Shown here piece by piece: positions 1 to 15,668 of a DNA stretch of 54,570 bases; position 1 is the first letter of the stretch; every line of letters begins with the position of its first letter. The notes below the pieces were generated by a model, which saw only the letters and a list, made by a program, of their open reading frames with translations, had not been told where the DNA came from and ran no database searches. A program made the translations under genes and the position numbers. Origin of the DNA: Bigelowiella natans CCMP2755 (Eukaryota; Protista; Cercozoa); assembly GCA_000320545.1 (NCBI GenBank), contig ADNK01001314.1, positions 1 through 54,570 on the forward strand, read 5' to 3'.

Positions 1-531
1 CGTCTGCCGCTCCCCAGGCTGCGATGCCTTCTTTGCTTCTACTCCGTCCCCTCCTCCTCCTCCTCCTCCTCCTCCTCCTCTCACCTCGACCCCCCCCTTT
101 TCTACCCGCTCCAGCAGCATTTTTGGCAAGCACCAGACGTCTATATACAAATGCCCTGCCCCCTTCCTCCCTTTCGGGAGAGGGGGGAGGGATGCGGTGC
201 TATAGCGGCGTTGAGGTTGGTAGTGCTGCTGCTGCTGAGAGGTGGGGAACGGCTCCTCATCATCGTATTCACCACCCCCGTGATTTATGGCTCCTCCTAG
301 TCCACGATGGCTGCCGAGGGTCTTCTCCTCAACGCCTCCCGCAAGCAAGCGATCTGCTGCTTCTAAGTCTTGAAAATGATCATGAAGGCGTCGTTGTCCG
401 GCATTGCCTCCCCCCTTGCGATTTCGAGAGCGACGTGATTTGGAGGGAGCTGGCGGGGGGCGAGAGCCATCGATAAGATAGTGCGGCATCAAGGGGAAGT
501 GTCGCTGATAATACACACGCAATGATCACGA

Positions 532-565
<34 letters not shown>

Positions 566-1455
566 CTGTATTGCTAGAGCTATGGTGGCCATGGATTCGT
601 TCTTAGCGATGATAATGATGATATTCTTAGCGATGATAAAGATGATGTTTTATGACGAGGAAGAGATCGGTGACGAATACAATGAATAAGGAGCGTGTGG
701 GAACAGCAGCAGGAGGAGGAAGTGGGGAAGGGGGGGGGGGGCGAAGAAGGAGGCCAGCAGCAACAATACACGCGTGCATGCATACACATACACACGTACG
801 TACATGCATACCGCGATGAGAAGATTGTGCCGGAAGGTCAGCGTATCAGAGAGACATCGTAGATATTCACCGAGATTCTTGTACTCGCACAGCCATCCTG
901 CACGCCCTTCCGAAGGATATGGGCCCGACGAATCATCTGCAGCAGCAGTCGGTCTGCCGTTCTCAGCGTCGTCATCACGGAGAAAGGGAAACCTCCTCAG
1001 CGCATTTCTCAGGACTCTCTCGCGCGCTTGCGGGACTGATAGTGAGCGAAGAGATGAAGAGGAGCAGCCGGCAGCAGCCTAAGAGAAAAGAAGGGAAGGT
1101 TAGATTCCCAACAAGCTTCATCATGGCTGCTTTGCACTTTCATCTTTTTATCTGCTCGCAAAAAAAGTGTTTCCTGATGAGATCATTCTCACTCGATTCA
1201 GATACCCTCCAGCATGTTGGCTCTCGAAACCTAGTATTTTCCGGAGGCTGCTACTCTCTAGTAACAAGCACTAGTGCTGATTGGTCTGGCTTATTTACTA
1301 CCTGGTTGCCTTTCTCATCTTCTTCGTAGAACTCGAACAGTACCGTGTTTGGCCTCAGCGCACCAAGGCCACTCGCCAACAACAAGCTCTGCACGCCCTA
1401 GTTATTTATTCACTTAGTTAGTTATTGCCGCATGATTAGATAAGCATATGGTATC

Positions 1456-1495
<40 letters not shown>

Positions 1496-1539
1496 TTATT
1501 GATATTAATGCGTGATATAAATCGGACACACACACACAC

Positions 1540-1575
<36 letters not shown>

Positions 1576-1694
1576 CACGTTCACATGCTGATATATCCTA
1601 CTGCTGCAGTTGCTGTTTGGCTGTTTTCCTGCATCTCTTCGTTAGTTTACTACTCACCCCTCGCATCGTCTCTGCCGCTGTGACAACCTAGAAA

Positions 1695-1736
<42 letters not shown>

Positions 1737-3878
1737 GGGGCGGGAGGGGACAGGGGAGTTAAAGATTCAGCAGTACATTTCACCAAAACCATGCGTTTTA
1801 AACCTTCCTCCTCTTCCTCGCTACTGCTACTGCTGTTACTACCGGAAAGGCCTTGAGTTTGCATGCTTCTATCCAGTCGTACCAGCCCTTTCGAATCTCA
1901 CTCAATCTCCATACTAGCTCATTGCTGATCAGAATCTCCCCATGGGACTGGAGAGCAGGTGATGATGATGAGGAGGAGGAGGAAGAGGAGGAGGAAGGGT
2001 TGCTGTAGGATGATGATTGGCCATTGTTGGCACTGTGCAAGTGCCTAGGCCGCTGCCGCAAAGTAGCCCCCCCCTCGCTTCGGTCGCCATCATCACAGTG
2101 ATAGCCGCTCCTGGGGTATTTCCTGTTTTGAATCCGCGTGGGCGGGGAGGATAGAGACTCTTGCGTGGCTTTGTCTGCATCATCTTTACCATCGGCATCG
2201 CTATCGTTGTCCCTCTTGCCCTCTGCCTCCAACGATCTTGTCTCTTGTGTAATCGTTCCCTTCGTCGGTGCTACGGGTTGTTGTGCTAGCGACGCAGCAG
2301 CCTGTATCATCTTGAGCTGCGGAGTTAGGACCGATCCTAGCACCAGCAATCCGCCTGAATGAGGTAAGTTGAGCTCATTGTCACCGTGTTAATAATGCCA
2401 AAACGATGATGTACGTCTTGGGGCGGGGAGGGGGAGAGGGAAAGGGCAATAATATCATGATGAAGTAGTAGGTAGTAGGACTGACCCTTTTTGAGGTTGT
2501 TGGCGAAGTGAAGCAGCCGATATTGACACCGAGGATTCTTAGCAACAACGAGGATGTGTGGCCGCCAAAATCTACCGATCACACACACACAGACAGACAG
2601 ACAGACAGACACATACACACGCCATTATTATTATAATCCTCTGCCAGTGGTACTCTTGGCGTGGTTGGATTGCGTTATTGCTTTCGATAATAAGACTTAT
2701 TACTTCTGGTCAAGCTTCGATCCGTCCAACCGTAGCAGGAACTTTCGCACCTTAACAACACATGCAGACAGAGGGGGGGGGACAAAGAAGAGGGGGAAGG
2801 AGCAGAATATAAGATGATGATGATGACGATGACGATGAAGATGGTTGTGAAAGAGGAGAGGGTCTTAGATCAAAGCTGTTGTGTCGAGGAAAGAATAACA
2901 ATTGGAAATACATTCCAGCCACACAATTCCTACACAAAGATCGAAGACGGTACACACACACACACACACACACCTGGTGGAAGATGAGGCTTTGTGTGAC
3001 ATCGCCCCAGTCCCCGTCACCGATTGGCCCCCTACCATGGATTATATCATCGTCATTGTACTCTAACGAATTTACCATGCACAGGTTTGTTCTTATATTA
3101 TTCCTCCTCCTCCTCCTCCTTCTCCTCCTCCTCCTCCTCCTCCTCCCCCTCCTCCTACTACTACTGCTACTACTGCTGCTACTGCTACTTATCCCAGCCT
3201 TTGGTACTACTAGAACTACCACTATTCGTGCTACCTGTAGGTGATGTAGATTATAAGTAGTAAGCAGAGGAGCATGGATAGGGCGGCTCGAAGTGGGTGC
3301 GTGTAGAACATCACCGCCAGGCATGCAACGAAGCCGAAGAAGGCCTTTATTGTTGTATTTTCGAGAATTATGATCATGATGATGATGATGCACATAGCGC
3401 ACAGCAAATACGAATGGAGGAATAATGGTAAATGATGGAAGGCGTGGGGGGGGGAGAGGGTTGGACGAGGAGGAGGAGGACCATATGCCAAGAGTAGTGC
3501 TCCCATATCGGCCTGAAGCTAGGGGAACCCTATCCCAACGATGATGACAATAATGATGATGATGATGATGATAATGATGATGATGATCAAGAAGAAAAAG
3601 AAGAAGAAGAAGAAGAAGCAAGATAATAATGACAATGACACCGAAGATCTTTAGCAGCAGGAGTATATTTTAGTAAGATATCTCTAGTATTGAATGCCGT
3701 TCATGAGAAACAAGTTGCTAGTAGTAGAAGAAGCAACCTGAATGCTGAGAATGAAGCACGCAAGGTTGATAATTGCATACCTACGGAGCCAAAACGACAG
3801 GGGGGGGGGGGAGAGGAGTGGGTAGGAGATAAGGGGGGTTATCTTCCCAATCAGACATCTATACAGTTTTAAAGGCGA

Positions 3879-3909
<31 letters not shown>

Positions 3910-4334
3910 TCATATCTTACGATAGAAGGAAAAAGAGGGTCTGGAACGTGGCCATTTCGTTCAGATCTGTGCCCGTAAGCTAAGAGAAGGATTTATATGT
4001 CAGAATCCCAATTGAATACATAGCAGCGTTGATAAGTATGGTGCCGTTGATGCTGAATGCAGTGATGATGATGTTGGTGGTGGTGGTGAAGATGATGATG
4101 ATGATGATGGAGGCATGGATGGTTGATGGGTAGTCGTGTTGTTTTCTTGTTGTCCGCCACAAGTACCAGTGCCACGGCGATAATCAGGAAGGTTGCCAGG
4201 ACGCTTCTTCTTGCGTGCGACTTTGAGGTGACTTGCATTAATGACAGCAACAAAGAAGACCGAAGATGATGATGATGATGATGATGATCACGGCAATTGT
4301 AACAAGGAATAAAGCCCAGAAGCGTTAGCACACA

Positions 4335-4366
<32 letters not shown>

Positions 4367-5185
4367 CACTGTTAAAGGGGATGTTCATACTACTTCGTAT
4401 TCTGGTGGTGGTAGTGGTGAGGCATAATTCTAATGACGATAAGATTATTCCTTACTCGCTTCTCTTGAGTTGCTGCCGGTCATGACGGCGCTATCAGCTT
4501 CTTCCCCGCCAGCAACTGGGAACATCAAACATCATTTCCATACAAAATCATCACATGTCGCTGCACATGTTGTGCTCTCCTTGTGTATCGTATCACCAAC
4601 TAATAATAATGCCTGTAGATATCCCTCCCCCCCCATCCCCATCCGTGCACACCGAACCGTGTGGTTGTCGTTCTGGTGGGGCAAAGCACGACATGAAGGG
4701 CAAGATTTTATCTTTTGCAAGTGCTTGAAGGATCTCCGCCGCGCCAATTTCAGAGCCCTTTATGAAGGTGCATTATCGTCGCAGACAAAATCAGCACATG
4801 TATGTGTACGCATACGGGTGTGGATAAAATTCTCTGTCGTTATGCATGAGTGCGTGTGTCCATGCCCTGTGTCGATCTTCTTTTTTCAACGTCTCTCCGC
4901 CTCAGTGCTGCACGTGTAGCTAAAGACTCACCATACAACTCGATAAAACGGCCTAGCCGGAGGATCGGAAGCCGAGAGAGATGTTATGTACGAGGAGGGG
5001 GGTGTGATCCGCCAAGGAATGGATGGTGTGGAGGGGGGAGGGGGGGGGGGGGATTGATGAGGTCATGCTGACATGCGCTCCTATTATTGTATCATTATAG
5101 GGTATAGGAATTGCCGCCATGACTTGTTTTCTAAAGCATTACGGATAGTCTCGCAAGGTATGTAATCATCATCCTTCTACATCGG

Positions 5186-5230
<45 letters not shown>

Positions 5231-6543
5231 TTTTGGACGAGAATGCTCACCCTCCCCCTACTACATACATACATACACACATACACATATACATGCATAC
5301 ATGCATCCACACGCACCATAAAGATTCCAGCTGACACGGAAGGCCTACAATACAATATTCATCAAACAGCAGCAGCAGCAGCAGCACGTGATACGTTTCT
5401 CTTCAGCTCTCCTTTCACCCCCCTCCCCCTTCTATTTACATGACATATACGCATGCAATCCTACATTTTTTCATCATTATCATAATCGCCATCATCATCA
5501 TCATCATCATCGTCGTCGTCGTCGTCATCGTCACCACCACCATCCTCCTGATCACGGTCCCTATCACAGCCATAATACAGTTGGATGATTATTCTTACGG
5601 AAGCACAGAGACTCGTCGCAGCACAGAGTATCTGAACACAGCAGAGAATAAAGAGGAGGAGGGTCGGACTTAATGGAGGTCAACAACAAATACAATGATC
5701 CGGGATGCTGTCAGATGGGCGGGAACATTAAAACAAAAAAAAGATTTGATGGACAACTTCCTACCCTTCGTCGGTCACTAGTGAGGAATTAAGATTCGTT
5801 CCCTGCATTATCATTTATCATCATTGTGGATGTAAGTGTCAGCAGCTTGTGTGTTTTGCAGCAAGGTGGTATGAGGATTTGGTGTCAACCGCAATGAGAA
5901 GCGCGAAGATCGCGTACACAATCGCCGATAGGAGGGTAGCGAGCAGCGTTCCGACAGGGATGGATCTTGGACAATTTGAGGAGGGCAGAAAGGAGAAAAA
6001 TAAGGACGAAATTCATACAATGAAACAACAGCTGGATGATTGCTAGTGCTGATACAGCTTCCACCACCTTGCCGGTTCCTTGAGTTCTCCCGACATATTA
6101 GCGCCTACATCGTCAATTATCCGCACAGTCAAAAATCACTAGAATTACAAGCACCGTGAGCCACCAATGAGGAAGACAATCGCCGGTGTTACAACGCAAA
6201 GTAGTCACAACAATGCGAGGGGGGAGGGGGGAGGCAATGAGGAGGAACATTCTTTTAGCTGCGACAATCTCTCACTTAAATGCCATTGTCACTATTGCTG
6301 CTTCTACAAACACCATTACTACCGGCCATAATTCCTGTGACAGCTGGGAAGAGGATGGAGAACACTGTTGCAAAATTGTTTTCTTCCCCTGTATAGTGCG
6401 TGCCGATGTTCTACGCAGGGTGGGGAAGGGGGGGGGTTGGAAAGATGAAATTCGTAAATGAGTTTTCTAGCACATCATTAAAAGACGCTATAAATTCACA
6501 ACTGAACACAACGTCTACAGCTGCATATCGATTCGAATTGCTT

Positions 6544-6579
<36 letters not shown>

Positions 6580-8920
6580 GTCTCTGTCTCTATATATAGT
6601 TTATGTATAAAGCGACCATCTTCACACCACAGCCTCATTAACTCTCTCTTCAAAGGGCACGAGAACGCTCTCACGCCCTCTACAACACCACCACCACCCT
6701 GCTTGCCTGCCTGCCTGCCTGAGTTATTACTTACTTACCCCAGAAAATGTGGAAGATCTTAGCCCGGTGAATCCAGATGAGTCGCCACCTTTGGGGGGGG
6801 GGGGGGGGGGGAAAAAAAAGAGGAGGAGGAGGAGGAGGAGGAGGAGGAGGAAAAAGAAGAGGAGATGAAACAAATGCGATGACGTGGACGTGGACGTAAC
6901 GGTTGCACAACGCACAAGAGTCACATGCCCGTCGTTTACGACAAGGAGGTATCCACTGCTTTCCCCGCTTCGTCCTCCCACCCTTCCTCTTCTCTCTGTT
7001 CGTGTCAATTGTCAATTTATACGGTGTGTGTGTCCCAAATTAAAAAAGATACTACTAGTAATAATAATAATATTACTACTGCTACTACTCACTTTTCTGC
7101 GCAAAGAAGCTGATGAAGGTGAGGATGAGGCAAACTGACATCCCAACGAAGACTGCAATGGCCGTCTAGATCGTATTGATGATAACAACGATGATAAAAA
7201 CTCAAACAAAGCTTTGGTGGTGATAGCACTTGCAGTAGCTCGTAGGTGTAGTAGTAGTAGTAGTAGTAGTATCAGTAGTAGTAGTAGAGTATGTAATCAC
7301 TATTGTTATCGTGGTTAAAATAGTGGTTGGCGCGACAGGAAGTTGCATCAATTTTGATATCGAGAGCATTATTCGAGAAGGCCTATCCCCCCATTTCGCA
7401 CCTTGGCATAGAGTGAAGGACCCACAAAGCAGATTGTGGTTACTCCAGTCTTTAGGGAGAGAGGAGGGGTAAACGAATCACATCGATTTTAGCAACAAAA
7501 CGATGATGAAGGGAGAACTGAGAGCATTTTGCTAAGAGCGTCAAAAAATGAACGAGACGACCGAAACACCCCTGCATAATGACGGCTGTTTTGGAGCAAC
7601 ATGCAGCCATTCCAAAGGAACATGTCTAAAGAATTGAAAGAGACCAGGGCTATTAAAGCGATGATGCAGTGAGTCCAGCCACCGTGCTCCCATCTAATGG
7701 TAGTTCTTGCGTTAGTAGTGACAATTATGGCTACAAACAGTGCAAAGATGAGGTCGGCACAGAAGAATAAGAATAAGATAATAATGATGACGATGATGAT
7801 GATGATGATGAGGAGGAGGAGGAGTGCAACAATTGAATGTGAAGTGTTACCCCATGACATCAACGAATTCCTCGGCAAATCCAAGCAGGTAAACTACGCA
7901 ACTGGGAAGGGATATGTAATATCACTTCAGAATGAAAACCCACTCATATTTGATCAAGGTTTCCTATTTTGATCCTCATCTATCACTACTACTCACGGCC
8001 ACTACCCTGATACGTTGGCTGCATAGAAGATCACACCGATAGCGCCACCTGAGTTGCGATGCCGTGTCAATGGATATAAAACCATGATGATGATGCAATA
8101 ATCTTTTTTAAGTTCCATGTTCAGTATCACCTAGCTCAGGTCCCAAGGCACGACTCACAAGAAAGTAAGCTCCACCTCCTTTCAGTAAACCGTTGGTTGA
8201 TAACGCCTGCATTTGCAATCCATCAATTCTTAGACAATCCGTTGTCTTTTTCCTTACATATTATTCTGGTACCGAGAGAGAGAGCACCGTGCTCACCACG
8301 ACGAGGTATCCCACAACGAGCATTATGCTGAATTGACCAATACCCTAAACGTGATAATGCTCTATGTGCTAATGCGAAATCATTTTCTTCGAAGAAATGC
8401 CGTGTAAGTGTAAGTGTGTTTTAAGTGTCTGTGTGCTTAGGGTTTTCCACGCACCGCCTGCCCTACTATCCACCCAAGCCGCTGAAATCTGAAAAATGAA
8501 AACAGAAGAAGGAAGGGGAGAAGTTATGCAAACCATGTCAGTGCGCTAATATTTGTGAGTGCGGAATTTTTACAATCCGGTTCTGCGTGCGTGTACGTGA
8601 TTCTGTGCAAATGAGAAGAAAGGCGTGGAGGTTCAGAAGTATTAGATGGTACAGGATTACGCCAAAGATACTCAAGACGCAGGGAACAAATACTCCATCA
8701 AATGTGCCCAGCCGCCGATGGTCTAACACGGAGGGGGGAAACACAAACGGATTTGGTACTTCCTTCTTGCCGGTAGTGCAAAGAAAAAGAGATCAACACC
8801 TTCCTGGGAAGAATTTCTGGGACCAGATCTTGCCTCAGAGTTAGTGGAAGAGGGCGATTCTACCAAACCTTCGGCAGGTTCTTGGCCTAGGGCAGTGTAC
8901 TCAGCCCTTGGGGCCACCAT
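1..8920 (-). CDS. SLC12A9/CIP1/Vhc1-like cation-chloride cotransporter, multi-exon, 3' end beyond left edge of window
   Basis: Spliced minus-strand exons read [20 protein letters not shown]|[11 protein letters not shown]|GIGQFSIML..|[26 protein letters not shown]|[11 protein letters not shown] (8740-8000). Further exons read [12 protein letters not shown]|[16 protein letters not shown]|[29 protein letters not shown]|GLLVLGSV (3020-2330) and [25 protein letters not shown] (~1397-1325). These match SLC12A9-type motifs. Start ATG at 8920 (MVAPRAEY) is inferred. Confidence 0.93.
1458..1733. repeat. Intronic microsatellite cluster (TA)n, (CA)n, (GA)n in SLC12 gene
   Basis: Read directly; representative of many similar tracts. 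Confidence 0.95.
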
Positions 8921-10374
8921 CTTCTTTGTAGCCTACTGCTACTACTATTACTCGTCAGAAGAATGCTCTTGCCGACAATGGCTTCGTGTGTCGTTCCGTC
9001 TAATAGACCATTTCTGTTAGTAGTTTTTGGTATAATCGAAGGAAATCCCTGCATGCACAGACATGCTTTTTTTACCGACAGGAAAGAATATGAGAAATAC
9101 CAAGCTTACTTCTTTGGATGTTTGCAGCTTGGGTTTCGAATCTATTCGCAGCACAATAAAGATGGTGAGCACCCGCTCTTCGAGGAGCGACCAGATTTCT
9201 CGGAGGAATACGTCAAAAATCCCATGTAATCAAGAGAGAGTGGTAATTGGGGGAAATATCCATGTCGTTTCTGTGTAATGTCATATATTTTATCAACTGT
9301 TTCATTTTCTATCTGATGACTTTAACCGAGAAGGCATGAAACTTCCGATGCTGCGAACATTTGTTGAAAATTTGCCAAAAAGGACGAATATTTGATAAAA
9401 ATAGAATCCCTTTTAGCCACATTAAGAAACACATCCAGAGGAATAATGCAAGCTTTTTGAAAAAAATATGTTGTGAGGCGTCGCGCATTTGTGATCTGAA
9501 CCGAATAAGGATCAAGGAGGCGAGCTCAAATAGAAATATGTGAGACGAAATTCATGTCAATTTTATCTCAACGACATCAATTTATTCCTCAATTTCTTTA
9601 TAATTCTATCCCGATGTAGCGTTCCTACCTGGGAAAAGAGGAAAATTCTGAATAATTCTGGAAAATTATTGCGGATATTATTGAGCGGTCTTAGTATTAA
9701 AGCGACAACAAATTAGCTCTGTCTCTATTAAAGGATTAGCTAATTTGCCAGGTAAAATACAACTGAATCACCTGGTTTTCGCCCGCTCCCCCCCAAAACA
9801 ACAGCGAACACCGAGCAGGGATACAAAAGGAGGTAATAGATAAAAATACGTACATCTGGCCCACTATAGAATTCTTTAAATTTTTTGGGAGGAATTCCAT
9901 CTGTAAGAAAGAAGAAAGTGTTCCTTTTGGTGCTTGGGATCTATTGCCAAATATCAATAATCATGGAATAAAAAGCATAGATTATCAGCTGTAGGAATAG
10001 TTTCGATAGTGATTTTTTACCCCATGCTATTCCAATTTAAAAAGAGAAGTAGATTGGATTTCCATGCAAGCTTATAGTTCATACCAGTATAAGAAAGGAA
10101 GGACGCATAAATCAAACAATCATCACATGCAAACATTCAGAGATTCATACCTACATACCTGCATCTTCAAACCTATGAGCGAGTCATCATTATCATCATC
10201 ATTATCACTATCATTGTCTCCGTCATCATCGTTTTCTGTACATTTTTTCAAATGATTTGGTGGAATTCAGCCCAGTGCTCACAGCGATTTCAGATTCAAA
10301 AAGCATTAGGAGACTCTTTCCACAGCACAGAATATCGACTGGCAACTCCGTGCAGCTGATCGCACCCACGAACG
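8921..10374. promoter_or_regulatory. Putative bidirectional promoter region (SLC12 / G-gamma-like)
   Basis: Lies between two divergent starts. Rich in A/T runs, no long microsatellites, GGGTTT at 9131. Positional inference. Confidence 0.5.
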
Positions 10375-10710
10375 ATGTCGTCGCAGTTGAAGGAGAAACT
10401 CGACGGTTTACGCGAAATGAAGGGAAGGATGGAAAAGGCGGAAGGTACACAAATAATTCTCTCGTTTTCCGCAAAAGGAATGGGGGGATGGATGCTTTGG
10501 TTTAAGGAGGGAAATGACACAGCTATAGGCAAACACACATGCGCACGCACATTATGATATGGTACGCATTATTCTTATTGCGCAGATCCCAAACGAGTCT
10601 GCGAGGAAATCATCAAAAAACTCTCTAGTGCAAAGGATCCTCTCGTTAAACAGGACGAATGCGACAACGAATGGAGAGGAACACCTGGACCATGCTGTGT
10701 TATAGTATGA
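10375..10710 (+). CDS. Heterotrimeric G-protein gamma subunit-like protein (64 aa, 2 exons: 10375-10444, 10586-10710)
   Basis: A GT..AG intron at 10445-10585 joins the frames to give MSSQLKEKLDGLREMKGRMEKAEDPKRVCEEIIKKLSSAKDPLVKQDECDNEWRGTPGPCCVIV*. It has an N-terminal amphipathic helix, a DPL motif, an N-x-W motif, a C-terminal CaaX and G-gamma-like size. Confidence 0.8.
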
Positions 10711-11626
10711 TAAGTATGATAGTTCTGCTGCGGGGCGACCAATATCAATTACCAACCTCCACGCCACACCTATACACCCCCAACCCCATGCTCTCAAATA
10801 TCGCTCCCCTAGGAGCAGGTTCTATTCCAAATTCTCTTGGGACTGAGCAAACATTTCACTTTATCAGTATCTGTTAAGGTTTATGAGGTTAACCTACGTT
10901 CGTGAAAACTTGATGTAGATTTCATAGATGGCAGCTTTATTGTCAAATGTGCTAGAAGTAATTAGGTAAAACTAGTTGGCTATGCACTGAAGCAACGGTG
11001 CATGCATTATTTCTTGTTAAGAGAGTTTTCAGTGAAGATTATCAAAAGCCCTAAGATTATGTGAGCTGTTACACACTGAATTGCCAATGTTTTTTAAAAT
11101 AAGAATAATAAATGTTTCACTGAAGCCTCAACGCAAATTATATTTTGTAAATCGTGCACATGATTCCATAAGTATGTTGATGTAAATTATCTGGATATTT
11201 CATGTAGCGAAGCTAAGCTAAGCAACAGCAACGTACGTAGCGCATGAGCAGACAAGCACAGTAGAAGACAGTGCGGTATGCTATACATGCGTGCAAATAA
11301 GCAATGTTAAATCAAATGTCACGATGCACATCATATACATACGTACATGCGCAGCATCGCACAGCTTTTGCGCGCCGTAGCGTCCACGGCACTGCGTGCA
11401 TGATTGGTGATATGCAGTCGTCGCCACGCGCGCGCGCGCGCGCACAAACACACTCACACACGCGCGTGACACGCCAGCATCGATCTAGGCTTATGCACGG
11501 CTAGACGGCCACTATGCTACTACGACGACAGAGACAATTGATCGATCGATAGCCATCATTATGTTATTAACACGTGTACGATACTATGTGTACAGAACAG
11601 AAACAATATGTTAACAATAGACACAC

Positions 11627-11716
11627 GTATATATAATATATATAATATATATAATATATATAATACATATAATACATATAATACATATATAATACATATA
11701 ATATGCATAATATATA
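11627..11716. repeat. AT-rich degenerate tandem repeat (TATATAATA / CATATAATA units)
   Basis: Read directly: tatatataatatatataatatatataatatatataatacatataatacatataatacatatataatacatataat. Confidence 0.85.
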
Positions 11717-11807
11717 CTTTGTCTATAGTATTATATATGCTGTGTGCAAAGCACGACATGCTAGACCAAATCTGTATGCATTTTCATGCATGCAACATGT
11801 GATCAAG

Positions 11808-12167
11808 GAAACAAACAGATTCAATTTAAGCGCTGTAGCCGCTGCTTTGCACAGCTACATTAGGATGACCATTGAAAAAATTAAACATTTCATTACATCC
11901 GTCTCATATATGCTGTGTCTATAGTGACGCTACGAAACGCTTGACAAAAAACGAAAAAAGAGCACGTGCAGCGGCAGCGCGCATGCAACGCGCGACATCA
12001 ACGACACAATTCATATGCATTCAAACGCATGAAAAAGATGTGATAGCTAGATAGCAGAGACAAATAAACACAACTTAAACGCCGTAACCGCCGATTTGCA
12101 AAGCTACATTACCAGATTAGGATGACCATTGAACACATTTAATTACTTCATTACATCCGTCTCACAT
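11808..12167. repeat. Imperfect ~100-bp direct repeat, two copies (11808-11909 and 12058-12167)
   Basis: Both copies share gc[t/c]gta[g/a]ccgc[t/c]g..tttgca.agctacatt..ggatgaccattgaa..ttcattacatccgtctca. Confidence 0.85.
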
Positions 12168-12464
12168 TGGGAGGACTACTATATATTGTTTTAAAAAAAT
12201 ATGATTGTTTCAATGCATCCATCTCACACATCGCGACTACTAGACTACACACATGTGTGACGCGCATGCTATGAGCGAGCGATATGTGCCGTTTCTAGAA
12301 TCGTGGGGGCCCAGCAATGAGCTAAGACGGTATTCATGAGTTCAAGGAGTTGCGGTATAACTTTAGCCTTAATAGACATTCAAATGGCAAGAGACACTAT
12401 GCAATATGACATTGCCTCTTCAGTGCATTTCCGTGGATGAACGCCTTTGAGACTATGAGACGAC

Positions 12465-15077
<2,613 letters not shown>

Positions 15078-15668
15078 TGCATAACTCAAGCCGCCAAATG
15101 TCTCAAAGCTATCGAATATTCTATCCTTTAAAACCTAGACGTTGCATGAGAGTTGAAGATGTCATCGAGGAGCTCCCAGAGGACAAGGTGCAGGATGAGA
15201 AATGGGGGGTAGTGACACGTGTTTCGAGCCACTGGTGGGAGTTGTTCTACAGTTGTTACGCAGTATTCGGAAATATTATATTTGGTAATCTTCGTAATAA
15301 TGGAGACCCAGTTTCGAATCACCAGCACGTAAGATTTCACGCTGGCAAAGCCAAGTGTGTTGCAGTTTATTCTTTGAACCGGAAACATCAGAAGAAATTT
15401 ACTACATCCATACTTCTGGCGAGTACAAAAAATAAAGTAAGAGGAACAGATGACGGGCGGAGATCTGCTCAAACCCCAATTGTCGTTCTCCAGCTACGGG
15501 TTCGATTTTTGTTATGAGACAATGTTTCTCTGGGCGTTTTCGGCATATTTCCCCCCTAAAACTTACATTTTTTGAATGCCCGCCAGTGTCATCCTCTGTC
15601 GCTGGCAGGACGATGACTCCCAAGAGTCTTTTTAAAACTGGGTTTGAAATTCGGGAGTGGTGTCCGGC
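15078..15668. promoter_or_regulatory. Putative bidirectional promoter region (DXR / small hypothetical gene)
   Basis: Upstream of DXR, with the same composition as the other divergent spacers. AAACCC at 15471, GGGTTT at 15640. Confidence 0.4.

Larger units (their letters stand above)
11150..12330. other. Palindrome-rich convergent (tail-to-tail) spacer 1, between G-gamma-like gene and DXR
   Basis: Dense ACGT/GCGC/CATG/CTAG/GATC/TGCA, a (CG)n run near 11427-11443, a TA-rich core, and no credible ORF. Confidence 0.75.

Noticed and set aside
598-648. 24-bp tandem duplication (ttcttagcgatgataa.gatgat), and a similar 24-bp-period pair at ~40337-40380
   Set aside because: Two-copy local slippage products in repeat-rich sequence with no further structure.
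2752-3621. Long ORFs with poly-L/H/S/R/I runs (e.g. 2752-3621, 28602-29408, 42530-43156)
   Set aside because: Artefacts of stop-free microsatellite tracts in introns, or antisense to real exons.
8766-8833. Possible GC-AG first intron in the SLC12 gene (GAG|GCAAGA)
   Set aside because: A canonical GT donor (GTGTTG) with a downstream AG can also restore the frame; cannot be decided without RNA data.
8963-10255. Short ORFs in the SLC12/G-gamma divergent spacer
   Set aside because: No recognisable motifs or coherent splice chain; the composition fits promoter/UTR.
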